A stretch of DNA of 64,000 nt from Eledone cirrhosa (Eukaryota): positions 112,778,001 through 112,842,000 of the forward strand of contig OZ024742.1 of NCBI GenBank assembly GCA_964016885.1, in the 5' to 3' direction. The position numbers and the translations under genes were made by a program. The notes under the pieces are model-generated. The model did not search any database. It saw only the letters and a list, made by a program, of their open reading frames with translations, and had not been told where the DNA came from. This document shows, in pieces, positions 40,271 through 55,786 of the stretch. Position 1 is the stretch's first letter, and each line of letters starts with the position of its first letter.

Positions 40271-40942
40271 GACAAAATAATACTAATATTTTGAGTTGCT
40301 AATTGCAAGAGTTAGAACATTTCAAATTGTTTTATCAATTTTTAAGTACAAATCAATTGAAAATGAAAGTGTTTTCTGTACCAAATATCTAGACAATTCT
40401 TTATTAGAAAACATGTTCTATACCTTTATGTTCTTGTAGATATTTCAAAACAATGATGCTTTCCCAAGTTCGTGTCAACATAGTCAGAAGTAATAACATA
40501 ATATATTACACAAATCGACCCGTTCTGCTCTGGAAAGCGGGTCCTAACGAAAGATGAATATGTAACACGGTTTAATATGTGGTTAGGTATACTAAGGGAA
40601 GAAGATACACAAAATAATGAATTGCTATAATATAAGTTAAAAAGCAAATATTGCTTTTAGAAATGTTCGATATCTTGAATACTCTCACTGTGGTTTATTA
40701 TTTTGTGCAGCTATATGCCATTTTACAAAGTAGGCTTTCAAATTGAGTATTATAGCCATAACCAATCATCTTTATACGGCAAAACAAATATATCAACATT
40801 TTGAAAATGCATGTTGTGATATAAATGATTTCTAGCATATTAACGACAATGCTGTGAATTGTCATCTGTTACATGTCTTCTGCCAAATATAGTAGGCAAG
40901 CATAGTGGTCATTTTAATTAAACTAGATATGGTAAGAAATAA

Positions 40943-40960
40943 CACACACACACACACACT

Positions 40961-41055
<95 letters not shown>
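40943..41055. repeat. (CA)n(TA)n microsatellite
   Basis: Direct reading. Confidence 0.97.
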
Positions 41056-41058
<3 letters not shown>

Positions 41059-41253
41059 AGAGGTGAGTATTATTTTAGCACAATAAATCCATGCAAATAT
41101 CGGATAAGTAGCACTCTACAGTTTGTAGGACTGGAGTATAAATAATATAAGATCAAAAGATGGTTAAAAGAGTTGCAAATATTTTATTTTGCGCATTGTT
41201 TTTGAAATGCGCACAATAAAATACTTGGAACTGTTTTAACCATCTTTTGATCT

Positions 41254-41261
<8 letters not shown>
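41056..41261. mobile_element. Small fold-back element with a one-sided tail in (TA)n
   Basis: Inverted arms 41142-41197 / 41206-41261; unpaired ~86 nt on the left. Confidence 0.6.
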
Positions 41262-41330
<69 letters not shown>

Positions 41331-41332
<2 letters not shown>

Positions 41333-42174
41333 AAAAAGTATGATCCCGACGGCAGAGCAGAAGCCGTTTCGACAGCTATTTCTGGACTAAATTATAATTT
41401 TTAGCCTGGTGAATAAATAGCCGAACTTTTCAAGGAGGTACTTCTTTATATGGGAAGATTGTAGTTGTCAAGGTGATTGGTTAAAATGTGTCTATCCTGG
41501 CATTTGGTTGGAGGTAGGGGTGGTTGAACTTGCATGTAGAACAATAGGGGAGTGACAGGAGCGGTCAAGCATTGAAAGTGATATGTATACAGCAGATGCT
41601 GAGGATAGAGTATGACGTGGAGGAGGGAGGTCATAGAATAGGTAAATCGAATGAGAGTAGGAGACAATAAAAGATAATAGAAAGAAATAAAAAAATATAT
41701 AAAAACAATATATATTTTTTATTTCTTTCTATTATCTTTTATTGTCTCCTACTCTCATTCGATTTACCTATTCTATGACCTCCCTCCTCCACGTCATACT
41801 CTATCCTCAGCATCTGCTGTATGCATATCACTTTCAACGCTTGACCGCTCCTGTCTCTCCCCTATTGTTCTACATGCAAGTTCAGCCACCCCTACCGCCC
41901 ACCAAATGCCACGATAGACTTATTTGTGTATACAACAAGTTTTAACCAATCCTCTTGACAACTACAATCTTCCCATATGAGGAAGTACCCCCGTGAAAAG
42001 TTCGGCTATTTATTCACCAGACTAACAATTCTAATTCTGTCCAGAAATAGCCGTCGAAACGTCTTCAGCTCTGCCCTCGGGGTCATACTTTTTCCTATTT
42101 CCCACTCTACTAGCCTAAGTATTGAGTACTCTTGTGCGTTATGGTCCATCTGGTTCCTTACCACAATTCCTGTG

Positions 42175-42175
<1 letters not shown>
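41331..42175. mobile_element. Fold-back PLE terminus (~370-bp arms, ~7-nt loop) with hammerhead copies at 41331-41446 (-) and 41980-42095 (+), in (TA)n
   Basis: Arms 41331-41701 / 41709-42095; termini homologous to 35403-35594. Confidence 0.85.
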
Positions 42176-44050
<1,875 letters not shown>

Positions 44051-46420
44051 AAGATTATTTGATCCTGGATCAATGAGTCTGCACAATACACTCCTCGAAC
44101 AGATGACCTAACTCCTTTCTCTTCTCTAGAGTTCTCACAGTCCATAAGTGCCGATTTTAATGGCCCTTCTGCAGGACAAGGCCGAGTTTTTATATGTTTC
44201 TGCTGTCTCAGGAACAGACCATCCATCGTCCACAGGCCTTTTCTATGGCTTTCAACGAGCAGAGTCATAACGGTCTGACTTCTCATTGTCAATGTAGGTA
44301 GAGGCTCTAGCTCTAGTCCTGTTAATTGTACTCTCCGTGGTTCTTTTCAGTGGTTGATAATACCTTATCGGTGTCACTTGAATAAGGAAATTAGTTAACA
44401 CATAATTGGAGCCCTGACACGTACTGCTGCTACGGCCGGGGCAGACCTGTGAGAGATGACAACTAAGTGTCAACTCCATATTCCCCACAGTTACTGACCC
44501 TCCGATTTGGAGCTTGTCATTTGATGTAGTTTGATAACATGCCAAATAAGTAACAAATATCTAGAGGTGTATAAATCCAGTAAAACTGAAATAAGTAACG
44601 TGCATAAATAAAATAAGCAACGTGACATCTAAAACACATTTTATATAAAACATGTTTTATAGCAAATATAGCAAAATATGTTTTATAGCAAATATAGGTG
44701 CATGCGAGAAGAGAAATATATAAAATATATGATGCCTTTCCAGAAAGTGTAATCTTCAATTTCTGAAATATTCATATCTATAACACCGAGTTCATATATA
44801 TGTTTAAGAAACGTTACACTGCATATGCCATTTACAGATGTATTCTTTAGTGTCATATAATAGCTGTTTTGGTCACTCTGCTTAATTTAAACGTAATGCA
44901 TGTATAGCTAAATATTGCGATCTTATTCATGACGGTATTTCAGATCTGAGAAGGATTTTAAGGTTATATGTAGAAAATTGAGCAACCACCATAGACGCAG
45001 TCTTAAAGGGTCATGTTTAGAATTGTTAATTGTTTGTCCAATGTGAAAACGCCTTGATTTGAAAGTTGCTTCACATACCCAACACCATGTAGTTGTTTCA
45101 GTTTTGTTTGACATCCAGAAAGCAAAACTACCCTATATTCTCCTGGCTAATTCAAAAGTGTATTCATTTTTATCAATTCCCTTTTGGCAATCATTGCCAT
45201 TTACACAAACATCAAGGAAGTGTTAACAAACACAACATCCCGAGCAACATTACGTGGAATAATATGTTTCCATTGAATCTTAATGGCACATCTGGAAATG
45301 TTAATAAGAGATTTAAACATGAGGTTGGTAAAGGTTATCTTGTATTTTATGGAAACACCATTATTCGTTCTATAGAAGATGGTAACACCGAGTATTTTTA
45401 TTTTATTTTATTTTTTTGTAGTTTGCTCCAAACATCGCCTCGCAGATTTGTCTAACCTAGATCGATATGAAAGCAAAATACATTAAACTTACAATGGCTG
45501 CATTACTGATAATAATAAACATTTGGATTATGATGTCAGCAAAAATGACAACGACAATCATGATGACAATGAAGATGAAAGAAGGCTCAGAAACAAAATA
45601 AAAGAAGTGCATACTATAACAGCCTCATGGGCATCCATTTTTCTATAGATTAATAATGTTCAGCATCATTTTGTTTTCAATATCAAGCCCATTAATTTCC
45701 TTGAAAATCGAACAGCATGCATTAAACAAGTTGTTGAAAACTTTCTAGCACATGGAACTGTGGAGACAGAATTAAATAAAAGAAGTATAACCACAAACTC
45801 TAAGTTATGAGGTGGCGTTGTAATTTATCACATAACCATGACAAGTTTAAAGCAAATGGAATTTTCAGAAAAAATATGATTGTGTAATATAAAACATGCC
45901 CGCAGTAAATTTTAACACAAACAAAACAAAATATTTCAAGACAAATATATTTAACATATTCCGTGGCGAAATCATAAAAAAATAAATAGAAAAAAGTAAT
46001 GTACAAACAATATTGACGCCAGCAAACATGAATAGAATTTCTGGTGTCACTTCATTCAAGAAAATATGGTTTACATTTAACTAATGAAAAAATAAGCACA
46101 TAAAAACTAGTATTCCCATATTCCATCGTAAGCAACACGCATGTTATAGCTTGCTTAATCAATGCATCTTTGTTTTATTTGAACAGGGTTCAACGTATCA
46201 ACATTAATTATTGTATATTGAAACAGGAATATTTAAGTAATCTAATGTACAGTTCAATGTGAATGCTTCAAGAAATTACAAACAAACTTTTCCTTTGCAT
46301 TGGAAATGAAGAATATAAAACATGCAATAGTGTGACAAAATACAACTGAATAATTTCTTCAAGAAATATAACACGCATAAATATCACTAAAACCAAAATA
46401 TTTTGAAACGAAATTGCTGA

Positions 46421-46620
46421 TTTGGCAGAGTCGTTAGAGTATCAGCTCAACTGATTTGCATTCTACTCTTTGATTATCTACGATCTGAGTTCAATTCCCA
46501 CAGAATTCAGATGTTCCTTTCTTCCTTACGGGGTCGGTGAAATAAAGTACCAGTCGCGCACTCGGGTCGATTTCATCGACTTTCCCCTCCCCCAAAATTG
46601 ATGGCATTGTGCCTAAATAA
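46421..46620 (+). mobile_element. tRNA-derived CORE-type SINE
   Basis: TTGGCAGAGTCGTTAG, GAGTTCAATTCCC, CCTTACGGGGTCGGTGAAATAAAGTACCAGT core, TTGTGCCTAAA tail. Confidence 0.8.
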
Positions 46621-46679
46621 GAAGCCATCAATATTTTATTAATTATTATTTTGTCCTCCCCCACAATTGATCTTAATTC

Positions 46680-48230
46680 CTGGTTTACTCAAGATAGTGG
46701 ACATGATCCAGTGGTCTTAGGTATCATTACGTTGTTTCCTACTATCAGTATATTTCACATACTTTTGGTTTTATCCTACCCGTTTCAAGCAAACGAGGTT
46801 TCTGTAACATTTTAATTCTAAGATTAATTTTTATTTTGTTTTTATCATTCTATCAAAATTATTTGTAATCGACTTCAAGACGTCAACGACTACTGATACC
46901 GCTTACCGCTTCCACCGTTCCCATTTTCTACTTTCCTGAAATGTCATACTTCAAGGGGCTGTAATTTGTGCAATGTTCTTCTTTTTTTCCTCCTTCGCGA
47001 GTAACAAATGGACAACCTGGATTATCCACTGACACATTTTGTTTTTCTCTTCGATTACAGGGATGTCTGGTCTATTATGATGTAGCCGTGTATCGGTTTG
47101 AATGAGCAAACCCTATAAAATCTTGCAGTTCTTCGACTCCAACACCATATCTAGTTGATGCATGTCTTACTTGTCAAATTACAACATCTCAAACATTAGC
47201 ATGTCTCACTTTCTCATATTCATTTTGAAAAGTGTCGTATACTATGATAATGTGTGCTACTGTTTCATTTACATGACCACACAAACAACACAGAAGAGAC
47301 GCAGCTTTTCCATTTACTGTCTTTCTAATGTTATTCGTGCAAATTACCTCATCTTGTTTTGCAATTACTCTATTTTCTTTTTCAAATACCCCATTTTAGC
47401 CAACCTCTAACATTTGTTGCTTTTCTGAACTGCACGTGTAGTGTCTTGCCCTAATATACAGTTTCATATTCATCTGTATCTCATTTTTACTTTTGCCACC
47501 AATGTTATTTCGAAACAAATATACTCTGTTACCGTACCATGGTAGACCCTTTCTAAGAGCATGCAAATACTTCTCCAACCCTTCCATTTCTATTCTAACA
47601 TAATCTTATAACCCGTTCAAGCCTTCACTTTCATTTGCTCTTTTCATATATAACCGGACCACATCTGCCTTGGGGAGATGTGCTCCATACATAGTCAATA
47701 GCTTCCTCACTTTGGGACCCAAAGCCTTTAACTCTGTCTTCATCTAACCTATGATGCCAGCACCATATCTAATGATATACATTGATCTTGAGGTGATAGT
47801 ACAGATAATATCATCACAGTTGATATTTTATTTTAATATTGTCTATAATCGTCGCACTATTCTTTGGTTGCCTGATCGTTCATCTCTTTATGTTTTATTT
47901 CTTCTGCTTCCAAGTTATTTATAGGCTGTTCCGTCTTCAATGCATTCCATCTACAATTACCCCTCCCTGAATACATTTTCATTTCTTCACAATCAGCATA
48001 AAACATTTCGACAATTCAAAATTCATCTTGATATGATCTTAAAATATCCTAACGGCATTTACCAAGCTGTCTATTTAATGTTCACTTTTTGCAAACAATT
48101 TAAGAACATCCTTTAGTACTTAAAATATATTTTTCTTTCTCAAAATCAGTATTGGTAGAATCATTCCTACCACAAAGAACAATCGTTACAAACTGCCTCA
48201 TTGGAATATCTAAAGCCTTATTTTCCCGTT
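46680..48230 (-). mobile_element. Old decayed Dong/R4-like element (other family)
   Basis: RKLLTMYGAHLPKADV.RLY (~47650-47710), IQTD..RP remnants (~47060-47105). Confidence 0.65.
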
Positions 48231-48357
48231 TCCTAATGTTTCATTGCGAGTGATTAGTTCAGACGATCACTGCTTCATACTCTCCACAATGAATTGTCTC
48301 ATTTTTATTGCTACTACAATCATTATTATTATTATTATTATTATTGTTATTGTTATT

Positions 48358-51300
48358 CCTTGAATCTCAGTCATTGATGTTGGTTAACTGGAAAGTCCGT
48401 TGGATTGAAAATCAAGCCACTACCTGCAGCCTCAGATATTCAGGACGTATCGGAGGGTTCTTGCCGTTCCAAGCAAGCATGCCTTTTGAAGCGTTCCAAA
48501 AAGCGTGAAGGGGCCGATTTTCTTTAACCATCCCTGGAAACCTTTGGAGATAGTCCCCAGTGCGCCTATGACAATCGGGATCACTTTGACTTCATGGCAG
48601 TTCCAAATCCTTTTCACCTCCCACTTTAGGTCCTGGTATCGGTTAATTTTCTCCCTCTCCTTCTCTTGCACTCTCGTGTCGAACGGGCAGGCCACATCCA
48701 CAATCAGGCACGATCTTTTTTCTTTGTCCACAACCACCAGGTCAGGTCTATTGTGTTCCAGTTTTTTGTCCGTCTGTATCCTAAAATCCCACAGCACCTT
48801 CACCTGACTGTTCTCCATCACCGCCTCTGGCCTATGCTCATACCATTTCTCAAAATGTGGTAGATTGTTTACTTTGCACAGGTGCCAGTGGATCACCCTG
48901 CCCATCACATCGTGTCTCCAGCCCTTATAGTGGGTCTGGGCTAGGTGTTTACACTCGGACACAATGTGAGCCACAGTCTCCTCTCTCTCTCCACAGATCC
49001 TGCACAGTGGGCTAGCCTCCTCCTTGTAGATATGGTGCTTCAACCACTTCGTTTTGAGGGCCTGCTCCTGCGCAGCCATTAGCATTCCTTCTGTAGCCTT
49101 TTTGAGGTCTCCTCTTCTCAACCAGTTCCATGTCTGTGGATCTCTAAATTCAGTTTTCTCAAAGAAGGTACTATGAAGGGATTTTCCCTTAAGGCTGCTC
49201 TTCCTCCTTGATGTTATTTCCTCCTTGGGTATCCCCTGGCCTACTGTCCCCTCCTTCAGTACAGCTCTGAGCATTGGCTCCTTACTATAGGTCACGTATT
49301 TGTATAGGTTGTTTTTCTCCATCTGAACACAGTCCTCTATGCTGATAAGACCTCTTCCACCCTCAGATCTCCTTAGGTAGAGTCTATCGACATCACTCCT
49401 CTTGTGGAACATGTTGTAGATAGTCAATAGCTTCCTAGTCTTCCTATCCATTTCTTTTTGTTCAGCAACATTCCATCTCAGAATTCCCGCACTGTACCTA
49501 ATAATAGACACAGCTCGGGAATTTACTGCGCTTATGGCATTTCTGCTGTTCAGATGTGACTTCAATACGCTCCTTACTCTCCGAATGTATTCAGTTCTTA
49601 ACAATTCCTTCATTTTTTTGTTCTTTATGCCATCAGCCTCCAGAACGCCCAAATACTTGTATCCTTCCTCAGAGTCAATTTCCTTTATCATCTCACCTGT
49701 TGGTATCTGGATCCCGTTACTTCTGCTCAACCTACCCCTCCTCATCACAATGACTCCACATTTACCAATACCAAACTGCATACATATATCACTGCTGAAA
49801 ATACGGACAGTGTCAACAAGCACATCCAACTCCTTCTCACTTTTCCCGAAGAGCTTAAGATCGTCCATGAAGAGGAGGTGATTGATGGTAAGCTCTCCCC
49901 TTCCCAACTTGTATCCTGCTCTCACTTTTCGCAGCATAATGGTCAAGGGCATCAGGGCAAGGACAAACAACAGAGGGGACAGGCTATCTCCCTGGAAGAT
50001 ACCTCTCTTGATCTTCACGCTTCCCAAGGATACTCCAGTTGATGTCAGCTCTGTCTCCCAGGACCCCATACTCCTGCCCAGCAACTGTCTGATGTTATCT
50101 GCCACCCTGAAGATCTCCAGGCTTTTGGTGATCCAGGAATGAGCACCATGTCAAATGCCTTTCTGTAGTCTATCCATCCCATGGCAAGATCAGTGTGTCT
50201 CCTCCTGCAATTCCCCATTACCATCTTATCAATAAGCAACTGGTCCTTTGTACCACGTGACTTCTTTCGACATCCTTTCTGTTCGTCCGGCAACAAGTTG
50301 TTTGTGTGGAGGTGATGGTAGATTTCCTCAGACACAATGCTCGTCAACAGTTTCCACATTACGGATAGACATGTGATAGGTCTATAGTTTGTAACATCAT
50401 TACCCTCGATTCGGTCTTTCATTATCAGAACTGTGGTACCTTTTGTCAACCACTCTGGCACCTCACCCGACACCAAGCAGTCATTGAACATGGCCGTCAG
50501 CTTCGGGTGGAGGGATGTTAAATGTTTAATCCAATACCCCTGCACACCATCTGGGCCTGGTGATTTCCAGTTGGTTAGTTTTTTGGCTTGCCCCTTAAGA
50601 GTTTCAACTGTGATACTCAAATCAGTCTGTTGCTGTGCCTGCTCACCGATCTCCCTCTGTACTGTCTCAATCCACCCTGCCTGGGCATTGTGTCTAACAT
50701 CCTGCTCCCATATTCCTCTCCAGAATGTTTTAGCTTGTTCCGCCCCAGGGATCAAGTCGTTGCCTCTTTCTTTCCCCTCAAGCTGTCCAAACAGCATCTT
50801 CTGGTTGTTGTCGAACATGCGGTTCTGTTTATACTGACTGACTCTGTTCTCGTATCGCCTGATTTTGGCACTCTTTGCTACAATGCGTTGCTTCAATTCC
50901 TCTATGATAATATTTAGCTTTTTACTCCTAGTTTTGTATTTTATTTCCAGTCTATTTTTAGTGCCTATGTTTTTTAGTGTCCCATTCAGTAGTGACTCAA
51001 GCTTTCCTATGTCATTTCTCATTTCCCCGATTTGCCCACTCAGTCGCTTCTTCCACCACGGCTCTGCTCTTTCTTGTCTGTTGTTTCCTCTCGCTTTTAT
51101 ACCAAGTAGTTTCCTCACCGTATTTGCTGTTGCTTTGAGGATATTGTTCCACTGGTGAAGACTCCTCGCCTCAAGGTATGGGATGACTTTGTTTACCTTA
51201 GCTGTTGTTTCTTTTAACTTTTTCCTGTCTACAAATCTTAGGTTCATAGGTCTCCCACTATCATTGTTCAACTCATCTACCACTAAATTTAGGATGTCAA

Positions 51301-51617
51301 CCGAATCTTGTCCTAGCCCGTCAGCATTCATCTCCTCAGTGGCCGTATCTCTGTTCCAGGTATTATTTATCTCAGTATTCAGATCATTGTCTGCTTCGGG
51401 TGGTTCCTCCGTTCTCAGGACCTCCTCACCTTCATTTCCCGCCGGCTCGCTTGTCTGGCATACTACACCCGCCATCTCCAAGCCATTCTCTCTGCTCAGT
51501 TCCTCCAGTTCCAGCTCGCTTATCCACCCATTAGTTCTTATTACCCGAGCCTGCCCGGCCAATTTTTGTTCATCTAATTTAAATAAACCAATCTCGTTCC
51601 AGATGTTATGCATCCGT

Positions 51618-51620
<3 letters not shown>
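48358..51620 (-). mobile_element. Dong/R4 family A, young copy, 5'-truncated, one frameshift
   Basis: ORFs 50045-51622 and 48432-50105 join by restoring one G at ~50143 (GAATGAGCACC versus GAATGAGGCACC at 12961); (TTA)n on both sides. Confidence 0.95.
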
Positions 51621-51659
<39 letters not shown>

Positions 51660-51822
51660 GTTATTTTTATTTTCTTTCATTCTTGTTTCTGATATATGCT
51701 GAGTGTCTTCCTGACACCTAGGGCAAATAAATTCACAGTGTGCATTGCTAAGCCAGTTAATACAGCACATTGATTATAATTAAAAAAGCAAATTATTATT
51801 ATTATTATATTTATTATTATTA

Positions 51823-52897
51823 CAGTTGCATTTATCTTGCTTTATGTTCATACGAGTTATCACCAAGTCACAACCAGTGACCTTTAGAGACAACATGCCT
51901 CTTTAGATGTTTAGACTTGTGATGTACTTATATTGACAGAATCTTCCTTAGTATATGGGCAGTTCCCATTAGTACCACATTTTGTATTTCTCCTATACGC
52001 GGGTTTCCTGGGATTTGCGATAAGTAATCATTAGACCCCTTAGGTATCATTCCTAGAGCGCCTACAACCACTGGTATTGTTTTAGGTCTCAATTTCCCCA
52101 TGTTTCCAATTTCTATCTCCAGGTCCTTATACTTGCTCAATTTTTCAGATGTTTTTATAGATACATTCTTGTCTATTGGAACAGATATATCAATTAGCAG
52201 GCATACCCTCCTTTGAAAGTCCTTCAATATTATATCAGGTCTATTTGCATCTATTTTTCGGTCTGTTTGGATGCTAAAGTTCCACAAGATTGAGATGTGA
52301 TCTTTTTCAAGTATGGGAGGTGGTTGATGCTCCCACCAATTCTTTTGATGGGGCAGGTCAAAATGCTTACACATTATCCAATGTATGCATTGTGCAGCTC
52401 TGTCATGCCTGTTTAGGTATCGGTTGGAGCTATAGGACTGCACATTGAAATTATATGATCAATAGACTCTGGTTGTTTTTTGCATACACGGCATAATGGG
52501 TTGCATCCATTTTTTATTATGTTGGTTTAGTCATTTTTTGTTGGCAGACACTGATCTTGTGCAGATATAATCAGTCCTTCAGTCTCCGATTTCATTCCAG
52601 AAGATGCCAACCACTGATGGGTTGAAGTTTTGTCAACATCAAGATTGTTAACGCTTTCTGGGTATTTTCCATACATAGGCTTTTCTTGCCATTTCTTGGC
52701 TAGTTTCTGTAGCAGTTCTTTCTTTGCAGTTACTTTTACCTGCTTTGCTTTTTCTGTGTTTTTCCTTTCAGCAGTAATTGGAACTTCTGGAATTTGTAGT
52801 CCATTACTGTATCTTTGTGCATCTTTTATAATGGAGTATGATCTTTTGATGCTTTCGTGTTTCAAAACGAGTTTGATCATCCAATCATGTGATTCCC

Positions 52898-52900
<3 letters not shown>
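51823..52900 (-). mobile_element. Dong/R4 family B, 5'-truncated
   Basis: RLE domain ORFs 51928-52443 and 52527-52949; (TTA)n on both sides with TTA microhomology at the 5' junction. Confidence 0.93.
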
Positions 52901-52941
<41 letters not shown>

Positions 52942-55699
52942 GGCGACATACGTAGGAAATGGTATGATCATGACCTCCGCAAAGGTTAGTTGTTTTTAGT
53001 TGTTTCAAATTCCCATTTATGGAAAATGTTTCTTGTTAAATGTTTATAAATTCATACATATTGATTTCGGGAAAGGACACTCAGCCCAAAATTTAAACTT
53101 TTATAATTACAAAAAATAATTTCTCTGAAAAATCATGGATTACTCACAGCCCCAGCAGGCTGACGGCCTTCCTCACAGACTAACACATCACACCAACACC
53201 ACCACTGTAAATATTACTACGTTTGCCAACACTAAAAATATAAGCAGTAACAATAATTGAGATTTGTCTCATGCAGACATTCATTTCCCGCCATTACCAA
53301 AAACTGCAGGTGTTAAAGCCGCCACCCCCACCATCACCACAGCGACAACAGAAACAAAAGAAAAGAATAAATTATTATCTCGTGACATCGAAATGGATTC
53401 ACCCATAATCGACACTTCCACACCGAACACCACTGACGCCACCACCACCACCACAACTGGAACTAAAATAGCAATAACAAAAATAACAAAAACCACAACA
53501 GCAACAACAACCATGAAAATAACAACAAAAACATCAACACCACCGCAAATGTGCCTTTTGCCAAAACAGCCAAGAAATGCGAAACAATCGAAGTAACTCA
53601 GGAGTAATTAAATGAAGCCAAGAGAATGGTAAATAAAGATGGGTATAGGGTCAGCATAGCCCCCACCCCACCTAATATCATCGAGCATCGGCGTCTAAGC
53701 ACCGTGTCTTATCGGACGATTAACACATCCGCGTCCCAAATCCAAAAAGCTTTGGGATATGCGTGGGCAAAAAAGCCCACACCAGACGTGGGCTGAAATA
53801 TGGAACCGTGGACGTGTTCTTTGGAACACCACAGGAGGCCAGAAGGAACTCCATGGCCCCATTAAGAAGCGACGACTTCACACTCGTCCCAAGCTATTGT
53901 GGCCAGAGACCCGTGAAGATCAGGGTGACCCACGTTCCACCGGCCATCGAAATTCTCTGGTTAATGGCGGCCGCCCTCGCCGGCATCGAGGCCAACACCA
54001 ACATAATTGAAATATCAAAAGAAAAGCTGGAGAACTGGTCCGGATCTGGGATGGAGCTCCTGATCCAAATGGACAATAAAAGAATTGAGGAAATCCCAGA
54101 GGTAATAGACCCCACAGACGGCAGCCACCTCACCGTAATCGTCGAGGGTAGAAAGCCTAGGTGTGTCGTTTGTGGTGAAGGCACCCACCTAAAGGCTTTC
54201 TGCATCAGTCTAAACAGTTGAGACCACCTCTCTATCCCACCCCACTGACACAACCATCAACACCACCAGCAGCAGAAATGGCAGCAACATCTGTAGCAGC
54301 AACAACAGAAGCAACTGTAACAACAAAAAACCCAGCAACAGTAGCAAAACCAACACCACCACCACCCACGGCGCCAGAACTAACACCAACGCCTCCACCA
54401 TCCACCCCGCCACAACCAAAACCAACTCCTGTGGAGCATTTTCCACTCCCGGTCCTATCGCAACTGGAGACAGATTATGACGACGAGGAGTGGCAAACTG
54501 TATCAGGTAAAAAGAAAAAAAAAAGAAGCCAAAAAAGAAAAAAAAATCCACTTACTCCCCCCTCAAAAAAATAAAATACAGAGGGAAACAAATAAACTAT
54601 CAATCAAACAAATTTAAGAGAGCTATGCAACCACCCACACCAGCATAACCAGCCCCATCACCCCAAACACCAACTCCATCACCAGCATTAACCCCACAAC
54701 CACCATCACCGACACCACAAAAATCCCCAAAAAGCGAAACAGAAACAAACCCACAACAAACGCAAACAAATCAACCAAAACGATAGACACAACACAGCAT
54801 TACATTTGAACAACAACCAATTATTACACTACATCCAACACAACACCAGCATCACAGAAAAGGACTACACAACACCCCACATTTTCACACAACCTCCACA
54901 CATACAAATCACTCGCATCACACATAATACGTTCACGGCACTAAAACAAAAGTTCCCCAAAGACATCGGAGACTTCCGACAAACACTCTCCAGGAGGATT
55001 TATAAGCACATCCTTCCGGAGGAGGCCACAAGCAGTGAACAAGGATGGACAAAACACCCTTCATCTACGAGAAGTAAGGTAAGTGGTCTTTCCCATCTTT
55101 TCCACTCCTTTTCAACATGACCTCACTTAGAATAGGCAGCATAAATGCGCGTGGCATGGGGTCATCATGGAAGCAGGGCCACCTGCTCAACGACCTCAGG
55201 TCACTAAACATAGATGTAGTGGCCCTCAGCGAGACCAGAATCTCCGAAGCACGGGCCTTCGCACCGATCTTCGGCGGCTATGATGTGTAGGCATCTCCCA
55301 TTCGTCCTGGATCGTGGGGAGGAGTTGCTGTGCTTTTTCGGAGAGGTTTGGATTTCGCCATACGGGCCATCTTCCTGGACCCAGAAGATGGGTTGGTGGT
55401 GCTGGACGTGACCAGCGGAGACGGACAAGCTTTGAGGCTAGTGGCCGTCTATGCCCCGACAGGAGCACGGCGTCTGGAGACCTTTCTTGGAACCTCCCGC
55501 TCTTTAGTGTTAGCGGGCGACTGGAACGGGTTCTTAAATGCACGATGGGCCTGTGTGGGATAAGCAGATAGGGGAGGAGGGTGCAAGAACCTCACTAACC
55601 TGATCAGGCGTTTTGAACTCTCTGACAGGTACCGATTGGATTTCCCGAATGTGCCAATGTGGACTTGGACAAATCGTATCGGGTCATCCATATCATATC
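52942..55699 (+). mobile_element. Tx1 copy 3, 5' half, decayed
   Basis: Starts ATT|GGCGACATAC; collinear with 17923-20757. Confidence 0.92.
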
Positions 55700-55770
55700 G
55701 GGACTTCTGAAATGTGTAGTCAATTACTGTATCTTTGTGCACCTTTTGTAATGGAGTATGATCTTTTGAT
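55700..55770 (-). mobile_element. 71-bp internal piece of Dong family B
   Basis: Matches 16040-16110. Confidence 0.85.
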
Positions 55771-55786
55771 CATACTCCATTACAAA

